Source: Longimicrobiales bacterium
Lineage (GTDB): Bacteria; Gemmatimonadota; Gemmatimonadetes; Longimicrobiales; Gaopeijiaceae
Assembly (NCBI GenBank): GCA_965226375.1
Contig: CBDDCX010000007.1
Location: forward strand, 480,001 to 544,000
Reading direction: 5' to 3'
Length of the DNA: 64,000 nt
Both the position numbers and the translations under genes were made by a program. Each line of letters begins with the position of its first letter. Position 1 is the stretch's first letter. Under the pieces are notes generated by a model. It saw only the letters and a program-made list of their open reading frames with translations. It was not told where the DNA came from and ran no database searches. Shown here one piece after another: positions 63,664 to 64,000 of this stretch.

Positions 63664-64000
63664 ATCATTCGCACTCTTCATCTTGTCCTGACCATCATCT
63701 GCCTCGGGTTGGCCTTGGGGGCATCTTCAGCGATCGGGCAGCAGGACGAGTTGCGCCTCCGAGGGCGGGTCATGCACGGGGCCGTCGGCGTGGATGCGGG
63801 CTTCGCTGTGCTGCATCGTGTGTCCATGGAAACGGCGGGAGAAGTCGATTCGGTGAGCGTCGCGCCGGACGGTGTGTTCGAGTTCGTGATCCCGCAATCG
63901 CTCAGTGTCGGAGTAGAGGCCGAAATACTGTTTGCGTCGGTTCGCTACGACGGCGTCCTCTATTTCGGCTCGGCCGTGACGGAAGCGGAGCAACTCGACA
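63664..64000 (+). CDS. Hypothetical exported protein, partial (runs off window; start codon unclear)
   Basis: Open frame IIRTLHLVLTIICLGLALGASSAIG-QQDELRLRGRV...LHRVS...AGEVDSV...SVRYDGVLYFG. Confidence 0.55.
   Translation, partial: MIRTLHLVLTIICLGLALGASSAIGQQDELRLRGRVMHGAVGVDAGFAVLHRVSMETAGEVDSVSVAPDGVFEFVIPQSLSVGVEAEILFASVRYDGVLYFGSAVTEAEQLD

Overview
A 64-kb, high-GC (roughly 64% by eye), mostly core-genome segment of a bacterium. Gene content and order suggest Gemmatimonadota; this is an inference, not a database result. From left to right it contains: a partial threonine dehydratase; a 5'-truncated TonB-dependent receptor; trxC-argR-argG-argH; a DAHP synthase divergent from class I aldolase-rpiA-rpe; an Hpt/response regulator/hybrid kinase set; trmH; tRNA-Leu(TAA); an accessory stretch (Tat-type HD-domain protein, aldo/keto reductase, nadA-nadC, a four-gene exported-protein operon, a second TonB-dependent receptor); rnz-tyrA-aroA-cmk-rpsA; an acyl-CoA carboxylase/methylmalonyl-CoA mutase cluster; argS; purM; ribD-ribE-ribBA-ribH-nusB; hpf-hprK-mannose-type PTS-ptsH-ptsI; and metK. 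I found no CRISPR array, transposase, integrase or prophage. The most interesting signals are non-coding or tiny and are missing from the ORF track. (1) A complete Phe/Tyr attenuator sits upstream of the DAHP synthase: a probably leaderless 22-aa peptide containing FYFFY, an antiterminator and a terminator. (2) The nadA-nadC leader is structured and switch-like, a candidate NAD-related riboswitch. (3) The argG leader has a three-way junction followed by a U-tract. (4) A 51-bp terminator unit after rpsA is triplicated and also encodes the next gene's signal peptide. (5) Two orphan perfect inverted repeats flank the HD-domain gene. All RNA structures were paired by eye; none was computed.
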